Virus record (IMG/VR): IMGVR_UViG_3300021963_000034
Location: 32,001 to 96,000 of that record
Direction: 5' to 3' (one strand)
Source: a virus
Length of the DNA: 64,000 nt
In this document: positions 1-8,546 of the stretch, one piece after another
Numbering within the stretch: position 1 is the stretch's first letter
How the letters are laid out: each line of letters opens with the position of its first letter
Made by a program: the position numbers and the translations under genes
The notes under the pieces: generated by a model
Told to the model about the DNA's origin: nothing
The model's input: only the letters and a program-made list of their open reading frames with translations
Databases searched by the model: none

Positions 1-29
1 GTTACGAACCCTAACGGATCTGTAACATT

Positions 30-136
30 GTCCACTCCCATTAACCGAGACCTATGGGGAGTATAAAAACGTCTCTCATACCCACAGTGGAGGGTGCTGT
101 GGGGTATAATTGTATCAGTTCGTCCCCCCGAACTTT
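30..136 (+). ncRNA. Structured psbA 5' leader, PhotoRC-II-like motif
   Basis: ACTCCCAT(34-41)/ATGGGGAGT(54-62) crossed by GAGAC(47-51)/GTCTC(71-75) gives a pseudoknot; hairpins ATACCCACAG(78-87)/CTGTGGGGTAT(97-107) and AGTTCG/CGAACT(117-134); directly upstream of phage psbA. Confidence 0.75.
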
Positions 137-156
137 TAACTAACTCTCTTAAAAAA

Positions 157-1239
157 ATGACTGCTACAATTTCACGTCAACAATCACAATCGAATATTTG
201 GGAACAGTTTTGTAACTGGGTAACTTCAACCGACAACCGCCTCTATGTGGGTTGGTTCGGCGTTTTGATGATTCCCTGCTTGCTTGCTGCTACTACTTGC
301 TTCATCATCGCATTCATCGGTGCTCCCCCAGTGGACATTGATGGTATCCGTGAACCAGTTGCTGGTTCTTTGATGTACGGAAACAACATCATCTCTGGTG
401 CTGTTATTCCTTCGTCCAATGCAATTGGACTGCACTTTTATCCTATCTGGGAAGCTGCCTCTCTTGATGAGTGGCTATATAATGGCGGTCCTTTCCAACT
501 TGTAGTGTTCCACTTCCTCATCGGTATCTATGCCTATATGGGTCGTGAGTGGGAACTTTCCTACCGCCTGGGTATGCGTCCTTGGATCTGCGTTGCTTAC
601 TCTGCACCTGTTGCTGCTGCAAGCGCAGTGTTCCTGGTCTATCCTTTCGGTCAAGGTTCTTTCTCTGATGCAATGCCTCTTGGCATCTCTGGTACGTTCA
701 ACTACATGCTTGTGTTCCAGGCAGAGCACAACATCCTGATGCACCCCTTCCACATGCTTGGAGTTGCTGGTGTGTTCGGTGGTTCTCTGTTCAGTGCTAT
801 GCACGGTTCTCTGGTTACTTCCTCGCTGGTTCGTGAAACCACCGAGAACGAGTCACAGAACTATGGTTACAAGTTCGGTCAAGAAGAAGAGACCTATAAC
901 ATCGTTGCTGCTCACGGTTATTTCGGACGCCTTATTTTTCAATATGCTTCCTTTAATAACTCCCGTTCGCTGCACTTCTTCCTGGCTGCCTGGCCTGTGG
1001 TTGGCATCTGGTTCACTGCTCTTGGTGTAAGCACGATGGCTTTTAATCTCAACGGTCTGAATTTTAACCAGAGCATTCTGGATAGTCAGGGTCGTGTGCT
1101 CAATACTTGGGCAGATGTCCTTAACCGTGCTGGACTGGGAATGGAGGTAATGCACGAGCGCAATGCTCATAACTTCCCTCTGGACCTTGCTACTGCACAG
1201 AACACTCCTGTTGCTCTGACTGCTCCTGCAATCGGTTGA
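157..1239 (+). CDS. psbA: Photosystem II D1 protein (E130, D1:2-like), intronless
   Basis: [45 protein letters not shown]; ATG at 157 preferred over GTG at 94. Confidence 0.99.
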   Translation: MTATISRQQSQSNIWEQFCNWVTSTDNRLYVGWFGVLMIPCLLAATTCFIIAFIGAPPVDIDGIREPVAGSLMYGNNIISGAVIPSSNAIGLHFYPIWEAASLDEWLYNGGPFQLVVFHFLIGIYAYMGREWELSYRLGMRPWICVAYSAPVAAASAVFLVYPFGQGSFSDAMPLGISGTFNYMLVFQAEHNILMHPFHMLGVAGVFGGSLFSAMHGSLVTSSLVRETTENESQNYGYKFGQEEETYNIVAAHGYFGRLIFQYASFNNSRSLHFFLAAWPVVGIWFTALGVSTMAFNLNGLNFNQSILDSQGRVLNTWADVLNRAGLGMEVMHERNAHNFPLDLATAQNTPVALTAPAIG

Positions 1240-1258
1240 TAAAAACTCAATAGTTTTT

Positions 1259-1285
1259 AAGACCTCCTTCGAGAGGTCTTTTTTT
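1259..1285 (+). terminator. Intrinsic terminator after psbA
   Basis: AAGACCTC-cttcga-GAGGTCTT followed by a T tract. Confidence 0.85.
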
Positions 1286-1293
1286 GTGACTAC

Positions 1294-1331
1294 TTGACTA
1301 AATACTTAAAGTTATGCTATAATAACTTTAA
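1294..1331 (+). promoter_or_regulatory. Sigma70-like promoter with overlapping late TAAATA and a 10-bp inverted repeat
   Basis: TTGACT(1294)-18 nt-TATAAT(1318) with TGn; TTAAAGTTAT(1306-1315)/ATAACTTTAA(1322-1331). Confidence 0.65.
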
Positions 1332-1349
1332 CAACTTAATCAAAGGACT

Positions 1350-1790
1350 ATGAAAACCTGTAAAATTTGCAACGAATTAAAACCACTTACAGAATTTTAC
1401 CAGACAGTAAGGAATGGAACTCCTTATGGACATCATGGTAAATGTAAAAAATGTTATGTAAAAAAGCAACAAGAAAACTATGACCCTATAAAAAAGAGAG
1501 ATGAAAACTTGAAAAGGGTTTATGGTATTGGTATTGAAGAGTATAATAATCTTCTAGAAAAACAAGGACATAAATGTGCTGTCTGTGGTTCTACTGACCC
1601 GAAAGGTAGAAAATCTGGTAGAGGTGGTGGTGTAGATGTTTTCTATGTTGACCATAACCATAAAACTGGTAAGGTAAGAGGTCTACTCTGTAATGTCTGC
1701 AATAGAACTATTGGATATGTAAATGAGGATGTTGATTTGATTAGGAATATGATAGAATATGTTAAAAAGCATAAAACCAATGTCTCATAA
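1350..1790 (+). CDS. Endonuclease VII-family free-standing homing endonuclease (F-CphI-like)
   Basis: N-terminal CxxC...CxxC; YGIGIEEY..LLEKQGHKCAVC; VDHNHKTGKVRGLLCNVCN; directly downstream of psbA. Confidence 0.9.
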   Translation: MKTCKICNELKPLTEFYQTVRNGTPYGHHGKCKKCYVKKQQENYDPIKKRDENLKRVYGIGIEEYNNLLEKQGHKCAVCGSTDPKGRKSGRGGGVDVFYVDHNHKTGKVRGLLCNVCNRTIGYVNEDVDLIRNMIEYVKKHKTNVS

Positions 1791-1902
1791 TAATCAACAT
1801 CATCCTATGGAACCCTGGATTATCTGGGCAGGTGTAGGTATGATGGGATTCACAATCATTGTGTTTGTCGTATTCACTCTTTCGGTAATTTATTGGGGAT
1901 GA
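1780..1902 (+). CDS. Small single-TM membrane protein (40 aa)
   Basis: MSHNNQHHPMEPWIIWAGVGMMGFTIIVFVVFTLSVIYWG*; overlaps the upstream stop. Confidence 0.6.
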   Translation: MSHNNQHHPMEPWIIWAGVGMMGFTIIVFVVFTLSVIYWG

Positions 1903-1970
1903 GCACAAACACTCATTGACTTCTTTGTTAAGCAATGTTAAGATAAATATGAGAAACGATATAGGAGGCT

Positions 1971-2042
1971 ATGACTTCTTCAACTCTTTCACCGCCCATT
2001 TCTCAGAGAGGTTGGTTCGATGTCCTGGATGACTGGAAATAA
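1971..2042 (+). pseudogene. psbD: Truncated psbD 5' remnant (23 aa)
   Basis: [23 protein letters not shown], preceded by AGGAGGCT-ATG like the intact psbD at 3424. Confidence 0.9.
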
Positions 2043-2189
2043 ACAAAACCTCTTAGCTTCCGTGAGGACTTCTGTATGACCTTTTTGGGACTATATCTTA
2101 TCTTTCTTGGTGTGAGTGGATTGTTTAGAGATTTACAGAGATACAGAGAACAAACTGACGATAGGTAGACACTAAAAAAATCGGCACAG

Positions 2190-2224
2190 GGGCACTTGAA
2201 AACAGGTGCCCTTTCTGGTATGAT
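2190..2224 (+). promoter_or_regulatory. Early sigma70-like promoter with -35 in a stem-loop
   Basis: GGGCACTTG-aaaa-CAGGTGCCC; TTGAAA(2196)-17 nt-TATGAT(2219). Confidence 0.65.
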
Positions 2225-2245
2225 ACTCTTATATACAAATGACTG

Positions 2246-2437
2246 ATGACCAACAACAAAGAAGTAGCACAAAAAGTTTATGAAGCATTCTGGAAAGATG
2301 AACCACATCCCTGTAATGTTGATGGATATGAGATTGCTAATGCTCTCCGTGAAGTAATCAACCAACTCCAACAATCTCCTGGTGTGATTTCTTGTCCCGA
2401 CCTCCTTGAACTTTGCGATGAGTTGGAAAATCTATGA
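2246..2437 (+). CDS. Hypothetical early protein
   Basis: 63-aa ORF downstream of early promoter. Confidence 0.6.
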   Translation: MTNNKEVAQKVYEAFWKDEPHPCNVDGYEIANALREVINQLQQSPGVISCPDLLELCDELENL

Positions 2438-2610
2438 CTGAAATCAAATACCGACTTACTTGGAAATCAGACACTCAACGCACTCGTAAAGAAGCATACT
2501 TTCCTACACGCACGATGGCTGAAAAGTGGTATGATGAGAAACTAACAGAAGGTAAAAAACCACAACTCTGGATGGAAGAAACCACCACTATCCTTTATAA
2601 ACTGAAATGA
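2434..2610 (+). CDS. Hypothetical protein (58 aa)
   Basis: MTEIKYRLTWKSDTQRTRKEAYF...LYKLK*; ATGA coupling to upstream ORF. Confidence 0.6.
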   Translation: MTEIKYRLTWKSDTQRTRKEAYFPTRTMAEKWYDEKLTEGKKPQLWMEETTTILYKLK

Positions 2611-2741
2611 GTCGTTTTACTAAAAACCCAGACGAAGAATATATGGTATCTATTGATGAGAACTATTGAAGAACTGGAAACTAAAAAGTAGAAATATTCA
2701 TTTGTATAAATATTTATGTAGTCAATACAGTAGCAGTAAGA

Positions 2742-3323
2742 ATGAAGCATAAACATCATATTGTTCCAAGACATATGGGTGGAACTGACGACCCTTCTAA
2801 TCTTATTGAACTGACTGTGGAAGAACACGCAGAGGCACACAGAAAGTTATGGGAACAATATGGTAATATCAAAGATTACTGTGCTTGGAAAGGTTTAGAA
2901 GGAACTATTGGTAAAGAAGAGATTGTAAGATTGCTGATGGACCCAACTGGAAGAGTTCATACAGAAGAGACCAAACAGAAAATGAGTGAGGCACATAAAG
3001 GTAAGTCAAAACATACAAAGGAAAGTAAAGAAAAGATAAGTGAAGCAAGAAAAGGAAAGCCTTTGAGTGAAGAGCACAGGGCAAAAATATCAAAAAGTTT
3101 AGAAGGAAATACCCGTATGGTGGGTAAAAAATTGAGTGATGAGACAAAGAAAAAAATAAGTGAGGCAGGTAAAGGTAATAAGAGAGCATCTGGTCCTCAT
3201 AATGTTAGTGAAGAAGCAAAAAGAAATAGGATTGAAGCAACAAAAGAAAGGTGGAGGAAATACAGGGAGGCAAAAGGACTTGACCCAAATAAACCTATTG
3301 ATAGTAGATACTCCAAGATATAG
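2742..3323 (+). CDS. HNH homing endonuclease with NUMOD3 repeats
   Basis: HKHHIVPRHMGGTDDPSNLIELTVEEHAEAH; repeated HTEETKQKMS/LSEEHRAKIS/LSDETKKKIS; late TATAAATA at about 2705. Confidence 0.92.
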   Translation: MKHKHHIVPRHMGGTDDPSNLIELTVEEHAEAHRKLWEQYGNIKDYCAWKGLEGTIGKEEIVRLLMDPTGRVHTEETKQKMSEAHKGKSKHTKESKEKISEARKGKPLSEEHRAKISKSLEGNTRMVGKKLSDETKKKISEAGKGNKRASGPHNVSEEAKRNRIEATKERWRKYREAKGLDPNKPIDSRYSKI

Positions 3324-3423
3324 TGCCCGCAAGGGCACCTGCCGAAGGCAGTAAGTATAAATACACTTCCCTCCTTACTTGATTTGCCCTATAATAAATA
3401 TGTAAAGTAATGTAAAGGAGGCT

Positions 3424-4488
3424 ATGACTTCTTCTGTTTTACAGACACCCTCCCAATCGCAGCGTGGATGGTTTGATGTCCTTGACGATTGGTTGAAAAG
3501 GGATAGATTTGTGTTCGTAGGTTGGTCTGGCCTGCTTTTATTTCCAACAGCATACCTCGCACTTGGGGGGTGGTTGACTGGAACTACATTTGTTTCAGCG
3601 TGGTATACACACGGTTTAGCATCAAGTTATTTGGAAGGTTGTAATTTTTTGACCGCAGCGGTAAGTAGCCCCGCAGACGCTCTTGGACATTCCTTACTTC
3701 TTCTATGGGGTCCAGAAGCTCAGGGAGATTTCGTCCGCTGGGTCCAACTTGGGGGACTATGGACTTTTGTGGCGCTCCACGGGGCTTTCAGCCTGATTGG
3801 ATTTATGCTCCGCCAGTTTGAGATTGCCCGTCTTGTAGGCATCCGCCCTTACAACGCAATCGCGTTCTCTGGTCCCATTGCGGTGTTCGTCAGCGTTTTC
3901 CTGATGTACCCTCTGGGTCAATCCAGTTGGTTCTTCGCACCATCCTTTGGTGTCGCAGCAATCTTCAGATTCCTTCTGTTCTTACAAGGATTCCATAACT
4001 GGACCCTCAACCCTTTCCATATGATGGGAGTTGCTGGTATACTGGGAGGAGCACTTCTCTGTGCAATCCATGGAGCAACTGTAGAAAATACTCTATTTGA
4101 AGATGGTGATCAAGCAAATACATTCAAGGCATTTGAACCGACTCAAGAGGAAGAAACCTATTCAATGGTTACTGCGAACCGCTTCTGGTCGCAGATTTTT
4201 GGAATTGCTTTTTCCAATAAGCGTTGGTTACATTTTTTCATGCTTTTTGTTCCCGTTATGGGTCTCTGGACTAGTTCTATTGGGATTATTGGTCTCGCTC
4301 TCAATCTTCGTGCTTATGATTTTGTAAGTCAAGAAGTAAGAGCAGCAGAAGACCCAAGTTACGAAACTTTCTACACAAAAAATATCTTATTAAACGAAGG
4401 GCTTCGTGCTTGGTTAGCACCAGTTGATCAACCACACGAATCGTTTGTTTTTCCTGAGGAGGTATTGCCTCGCGGAAACGCACTTTGA
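3424..4488 (+). CDS. psbD: Photosystem II D2 protein
   Basis: [23 protein letters not shown] ... [13 protein letters not shown] ... [10 protein letters not shown]. Confidence 0.99.
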   Translation: MTSSVLQTPSQSQRGWFDVLDDWLKRDRFVFVGWSGLLLFPTAYLALGGWLTGTTFVSAWYTHGLASSYLEGCNFLTAAVSSPADALGHSLLLLWGPEAQGDFVRWVQLGGLWTFVALHGAFSLIGFMLRQFEIARLVGIRPYNAIAFSGPIAVFVSVFLMYPLGQSSWFFAPSFGVAAIFRFLLFLQGFHNWTLNPFHMMGVAGILGGALLCAIHGATVENTLFEDGDQANTFKAFEPTQEEETYSMVTANRFWSQIFGIAFSNKRWLHFFMLFVPVMGLWTSSIGIIGLALNLRAYDFVSQEVRAAEDPSYETFYTKNILLNEGLRAWLAPVDQPHESFVFPEEVLPRGNAL

Positions 4489-4492
4489 TTTT

Positions 4493-4519
4493 AAAGACCT
4501 CATTGTTGGGGTCTTTTTT
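4493..4519 (+). terminator. Intrinsic terminator after psbD
   Basis: AAAGACCTC-attgtt-GGGGTCTTT plus T tract. Confidence 0.75.
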
Positions 4520-4581
4520 ATTTACATAAGAACCAAAATATGATATTATATAAATAATAATAGATATTCATATTCAGGATA

Positions 4582-5163
4582 ATGCCTTTAAATAATAAAT
4601 CAAAACCTTGTGGTGCTTTGGTTGGTGAAAAGTTTGGAAAACTTACCGTTTTAAAAGAAGAAGTTATTTTTAAAAGTGGAAAGAATAGAGTATACACAAC
4701 TTGTAAGTGCGAATGTGGTGGGCAAAAAACCTGTGAAAGATATGGTTTAGTGTCTGGAAGAACTACTAGTTGTGGGTGTGTATTAACAGAACGAACTATT
4801 GCTTTTAATAAAACCAAAAAGAAACCAAAAGGTAGCAAAAAAGCAGATGATAGAAGATATAAGATGTTTCATAATGCTCAACATAGAGCAAAAAGAAAAG
4901 GCATTCCATTCAGTATAACTATAGATGATATTATTATTCCAGAAACTTGTCCTTTACTTGGAATACCTCTTATATCTACTAATGATAAGAGTGATCCAAG
5001 AAATCCAAGTCTGGATCAAAAGGTTCCCGGTAAAGGATATACTCCAGATAATATTTGGGTTATATCTTCAAGAGCAAATGCTTTAAAGTGGGACGCATCC
5101 CTACAAGAACTAGAACTCCTAGTAGAAAACCTAAAATGTTTCTCATCCTCTTCTCATTCATAG
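4582..5163 (+). CDS. HNH-type homing endonuclease
   Basis: GEKFGKLTV..CKCECG..SGRTTSCGC N-domain; IPETCPLLG..PSLDQKVPGKGYTPDNIWVISSRANALK; late TATAAATA upstream. Confidence 0.88.
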   Translation: MPLNNKSKPCGALVGEKFGKLTVLKEEVIFKSGKNRVYTTCKCECGGQKTCERYGLVSGRTTSCGCVLTERTIAFNKTKKKPKGSKKADDRRYKMFHNAQHRAKRKGIPFSITIDDIIIPETCPLLGIPLISTNDKSDPRNPSLDQKVPGKGYTPDNIWVISSRANALKWDASLQELELLVENLKCFSSSSHS

Positions 5164-5318
5164 CGTTTGGAATTCTAATGTTTATATTATCTGTTATGCA
5201 AGACTTATGATAACTTCAACTACACCATACAAACTCGCAGAAATCATTAGAGATACTTGGCCTGGACTTTACAGACCACCAGTAAAGAGTTATAATCAAG
5301 CAAAAGCACCAGAAAAAA

Positions 5319-5603
5319 ATGTATGATTATTGGGTGGTCACAGATAAAACCACAGGTAGGGTAATCGCTCATTGTGGCGAAGAAAATGATGCATTGATGT
5401 TAGTTGGATTCGATAAAGACAAAAGAACTTATCGAAAGCAAAAGTTTATTATGGATCAAGTGATTACAATAACATCAACAACAGATAAACAACTTCTTGG
5501 TCAACAAGGATTGCCTGCTGCAAAAGAAGAACTTCCTCCAATAGAACTTCAACAACAAGTATGGTTACCTGAAGGACAAGGAATTCCAGTTAACGCTAAA
5601 TAA
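5319..5603 (+). CDS. Hypothetical cyanophage protein
   Basis: 94-aa ORF in a tightly packed operon. Confidence 0.7.
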   Translation: MYDYWVVTDKTTGRVIAHCGEENDALMLVGFDKDKRTYRKQKFIMDQVITITSTTDKQLLGQQGLPAAKEELPPIELQQQVWLPEGQGIPVNAK

Positions 5604-5623
5604 CTTTCAGTTTTATAAGAATT

Positions 5624-5860
5624 ATGAAGTTTACAGTTTATTCAAAAGACGGTTGCCCATATTGCACAAAAGTCCAACAGGTGTTAGAGTTGGCACAACT
5701 ACAGCATGTAGTCTACAAATTGAATACTGATTTTACTCGCGATGAGTTTTATGCTGAGTTTGGAGAAGGTTCTACCTTTCCCCAAGTGATTGTCAATGAT
5801 CAACACATTGGTGGTTGTTCTGACACAGTTCAATATCTACAGGAGCAAAAACTAGTTTAA
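5624..5860 (+). CDS. nrdC: Glutaredoxin
   Basis: CPYC active site, TFPQV, IGG. Confidence 0.95.
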   Translation: MKFTVYSKDGCPYCTKVQQVLELAQLQHVVYKLNTDFTRDEFYAEFGEGSTFPQVIVNDQHIGGCSDTVQYLQEQKLV

Positions 5861-6219
5861 TGGATAATAATCTTTACGAAGTTTGTAACGATGTTGAAAA
5901 AGCAATTGATTATGCTTTTAATGGTCAATTTGTTTTGAGTTTTTATGATTATTTAAAAGTTCGTGGAACTAAAAAAGTAGAAGTTGAACAGTTTATTGAA
6001 AGTAATACAGCACATGAACTGAGTAATCTTGTAATGGATTTGGATGACTATCTTGAAGGTGGGTCTGATGAGATGCATAAACAACTTCGTGAAGGATATG
6101 GTCATATTCCAAAGCCACAAGCAAGAAAAATAAGAAATTACCTATATGGTATTCTTGAAGATGCATGGAGATATAGTAATGACAAAAAACCGGGAAGGCG
6201 AAAGAAGCAAACTAAATAA
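5860..6219 (+). CDS. Conserved cyanophage hypothetical protein
   Basis: LREGYGHIPKPQARKIRNYL; coupled to glutaredoxin. Confidence 0.75.
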   Translation: MDNNLYEVCNDVEKAIDYAFNGQFVLSFYDYLKVRGTKKVEVEQFIESNTAHELSNLVMDLDDYLEGGSDEMHKQLREGYGHIPKPQARKIRNYLYGILEDAWRYSNDKKPGRRKKQTK

Positions 6220-6403
6220 GTCAGAACCTCAAATTAATCGAGGTGTTGAATTATTACTTAGGAATAAAAGGAGGAGAGAATCAAAACCAAAAACCTTTCA
6301 AGTGAAGTTTGGTAAAATGATTTCTCTCTTTCGCAGAGAGTTTCACTTTTTTATAGAATTTCATTTTGATGTTAGAAAAAAATAAACTCTCTGGAGAAAA
6401 CAA

Positions 6404-6637
6404 ATGGAAACGGCATACGTAGTAACATTTATTACAATGTTTACCTTGCTCTTTTTTATGGTAGGAGGTATAATAGGTTGGTTAACTTATAAACATCTAC
6501 TGGAATCAAAACCTCCATATTTGCATCCAGAGTTTTTTGATGAAAATGGTCAGATTATTCCTGACGAAATAGTATCTGTACGATTTGAAAACGATTACGA
6601 TTATGACTACGACGAAGATGAAGAAAGCGACGATTGA
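6404..6637 (+). CDS. Small membrane protein
   Basis: GGAG RBS; N-terminal TM helix; HPEFFDENG; acidic tail. Confidence 0.75.
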   Translation: METAYVVTFITMFTLLFFMVGGIIGWLTYKHLLESKPPYLHPEFFDENGQIIPDEIVSVRFENDYDYDYDEDEESDD

Positions 6638-7178
6638 AAAACCTATTGAAACTCTTCCAACAAACCCCTTTGTATTTGAGATTCTAGAACTTGCCTCAAA
6701 GCAAAGAAGCAATGCAAAGAAAGTAGAAGTTCTTAAGACATATGAACACGATTCTCTAAAAGCAATTTTTATTTGGAACTTTGATGAGTCTGTTATTTCC
6801 CTTCTTCCCGAAGGTCAAGTTCCATATGCCAGTACAGGAGAGCAAACATCCTATAGTGGAACTCTAAGTGGAAAAATTGAAGACGCAGTATCTAAGATGC
6901 AAGAGTTAAACTCAAATTCTCTTGGATCAATGGATCAAGGAAAATCTTCCATCAGAAAAGAATATCATATGTTTTATAATTTCCTAAAAGGTGGTAATGA
7001 TGGATTGAGTTCTCTACGTAGAGAAACTATGTTTATTAATATTCTTCAGGGACTTCATCCTCTTGAGGCAGAAATTCTTTGTTTGGTAAAAGATAAAAAA
7101 CTTTCCAATAAATATAAGATATCTTTTGAAAATGTTAAAGAAGCATACCCCGATATTCAATGGGGTGGTCGTTCATGA
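6603..7178 (+). CDS. Conserved T4-like cyanophage protein (start uncertain)
   Basis: WNFDESVISLLPEG; RRETMFINILQGLHPLEAEIL. Confidence 0.75.
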   Translation: MTTTKMKKATIEKPIETLPTNPFVFEILELASKQRSNAKKVEVLKTYEHDSLKAIFIWNFDESVISLLPEGQVPYASTGEQTSYSGTLSGKIEDAVSKMQELNSNSLGSMDQGKSSIRKEYHMFYNFLKGGNDGLSSLRRETMFINILQGLHPLEAEILCLVKDKKLSNKYKISFENVKEAYPDIQWGGRS

Positions 7179-7513
7179 GTGCAGTAGTAGGAGAAAAGAA
7201 AAAAATGGCAGAAAATAAAACCAAGATTAATAAAGTTCTGCCACATGAATATGGATGCGAAATTCTTTTAGAAAAAACTACTGTAGAAAAAGCAAAAGAT
7301 TCTTCACTCCCAAATGATGCATATTTAATTTGGTATATCGTTGATGATGAAGAATGTATTGATCTAACTCGTTGCCCCAAACGAGTAAATCTTTTTGATA
7401 TGTACTACGATAAGTATGGTCCTGGTGCTGTTAAAAAAATTGATTTTGGGTATGGTAGAACTAATCCAAAACTTTGGGGATATAAACAACCAGAGAAAAA
7501 GAAAAGAAAATGA
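7175..7513 (+). CDS. Conserved cyanophage hypothetical protein
   Basis: FDMYYDKYG...GYGRTNPKLWG. Confidence 0.7.
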   Translation: MSAVVGEKKKMAENKTKINKVLPHEYGCEILLEKTTVEKAKDSSLPNDAYLIWYIVDDEECIDLTRCPKRVNLFDMYYDKYGPGAVKKIDFGYGRTNPKLWGYKQPEKKKRK

Positions 7514-7689
7514 GTTCAGGATTTGATGTAGAAATTGAAATGCCGAAGTCTGATATTGACAAACTTCTTAAGCAGTATAAAAAAATAAAAAAGTATCAAA
7601 AATCATCTCTGTATGCTATCAAAACAATGGACGGCACAGAAGATATTGTGAGTTCATTGATAAAGGAAGCGGAGGAGAATCCACTGTAA
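7510..7689 (+). CDS. Hypothetical protein (59 aa)
   Basis: MSSGFDVEIEMPKSDIDKLL...; fills the gap before speD. Confidence 0.6.
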   Translation: MSSGFDVEIEMPKSDIDKLLKQYKKIKKYQKSSLYAIKTMDGTEDIVSSLIKEAEENPL

Positions 7690-8016
7690 ATGGGAAAGCA
7701 TTATCTACTTAACTTGTATGGATGCTCGTTTGTCCTTTTGGACGACGAGCGTTGTCTTATAGACTTACTAGAAAACGCAGCAGTAGCAAGTGGTGCTACT
7801 GTGGTTCAAACTATCTCAAAAAAGTTTGAACCACAGGGAGTTACTGTTATTTGTTTATTGTCTGAAAGTCATATTAGTATTCATACTTGGCCTGAAGAAG
7901 GTAAGGCAGCAGTGGACGTTTATACCTGTGGTGATTGTAATCCAAAGATTGGGTGTGATATGATTATCGAACAACTCTTTGCACAGAACCATACATTAAG
8001 TTATATTGAACGGTAA
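7690..8016 (+). CDS. speD: S-adenosylmethionine decarboxylase proenzyme
   Basis: FEPQGVT..LSESHISIHTWPE..AAVDVYTCG, with pyruvoyl E-S cleavage site. Confidence 0.95.
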   Translation: MGKHYLLNLYGCSFVLLDDERCLIDLLENAAVASGATVVQTISKKFEPQGVTVICLLSESHISIHTWPEEGKAAVDVYTCGDCNPKIGCDMIIEQLFAQNHTLSYIER

Positions 8017-8064
8017 CAAAAGTTACAAAAGTACTTGTATAGATAATGTAACTAGAGGTATAAT
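8013..8064 (+). promoter_or_regulatory. NtcA-type box plus sigma70-like promoter
   Basis: GTA-ACAAAAGT-TAC (8013-8026); TTGTAT(8035)-18 nt-TATAAT(8059). Confidence 0.6.
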
Positions 8065-8073
8065 AATCCTCTA

Positions 8074-8377
8074 CCGTTCATCCTATGACTAAAGCACTCT
8101 TGCTTTTAGCATGGGTTCCTTTCCTCTTTGTTTCAGCGCCACAAGCATCTAGCATCCAACAGGTTGCAGTTTCTTGTGACACCGCGATGGAACTAATGGA
8201 CATCGTTAAAAACGGCGATGTAGTATCACAAAAGACAGAGGACCGATTGTTATTAGAACTCCGAAAGGATTTTATAGTAAAGTGCTAAAACCTAATAGGA
8301 CGGAAGTAAGCCGACGCGGAACGGATCGTTCATTCGCTATTCGCAAATAGCGAACGCAAACGCCGACTGAAGGAACG
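8074..8377 (+). ncRNA. Tandem glutamine riboswitch aptamers (glnA / Downstream-peptide class)
   Basis: Aptamer 1: CCGTTCA-TCCTAT...ATAGGA-CGGAAGTAAGCCGACGCGGAACGG. Aptamer 2: ATCGTTCA-TTCGCTATT-cgca-AATAGCGAA-CGCAAACGCCGACTGAAGGAACGC. Upstream of a YRGVxY peptide gene. Confidence 0.8.
8085..8288 (+). CDS. Small protein with signal-peptide-like N-terminus, nested in the aptamer P2 loop
   Basis: MTKALLLLAWVPFLFVSAPQA hydrophobic leader; two Cys. Confidence 0.65.
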   Translation: MTKALLLLAWVPFLFVSAPQASSIQQVAVSCDTAMELMDIVKNGDVVSQKTEDRLLLELRKDFIVKC

Positions 8378-8408
8378 CTCTTTAACCTAAAAAACTAAGG
8401 AGAACCCA

Positions 8409-8546
8409 ATGTCTAGAGTAGTATATCGTGGTGTTGAGTATGACACCCAAAAGCGTCTTGAGTATCAACAACAAATGATGCAGCAACCCCAACAATACAA
8501 CGAAACCTATCGTGGTGTTAAGTTTGTAAAGGAGGGGCATAAATGA
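8409..8546 (+). CDS. DUF4278-family peptide
   Basis: MSRVVYRGVEY...TYRGVKF; AAGGAG RBS; follows the riboswitch. Confidence 0.85.
   Translation: MSRVVYRGVEYDTQKRLEYQQQMMQQPQQYNETYRGVKFVKEGHK

Noticed and set aside
94-156. 21-aa N-terminal extension of psbA from GTG at 94
   Set aside because: It lies within the structured leader; D1 homology begins at ATG 157
226-1170. Antisense and alternate-frame ORFs over psbA, and similar ones over gp32, fibre and RCC1 genes
   Set aside because: Shadow ORFs from codon bias and repeats; no RBS or recognisable motifs
157-1239. Group I intron in psbA as in S-PM2
   Set aside because: The ORF is continuous and full length
6146-6385. 79-aa ORF overlapping the upstream gene
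   Set aside because: Possibly real with a later start, but the start and product cannot be supported
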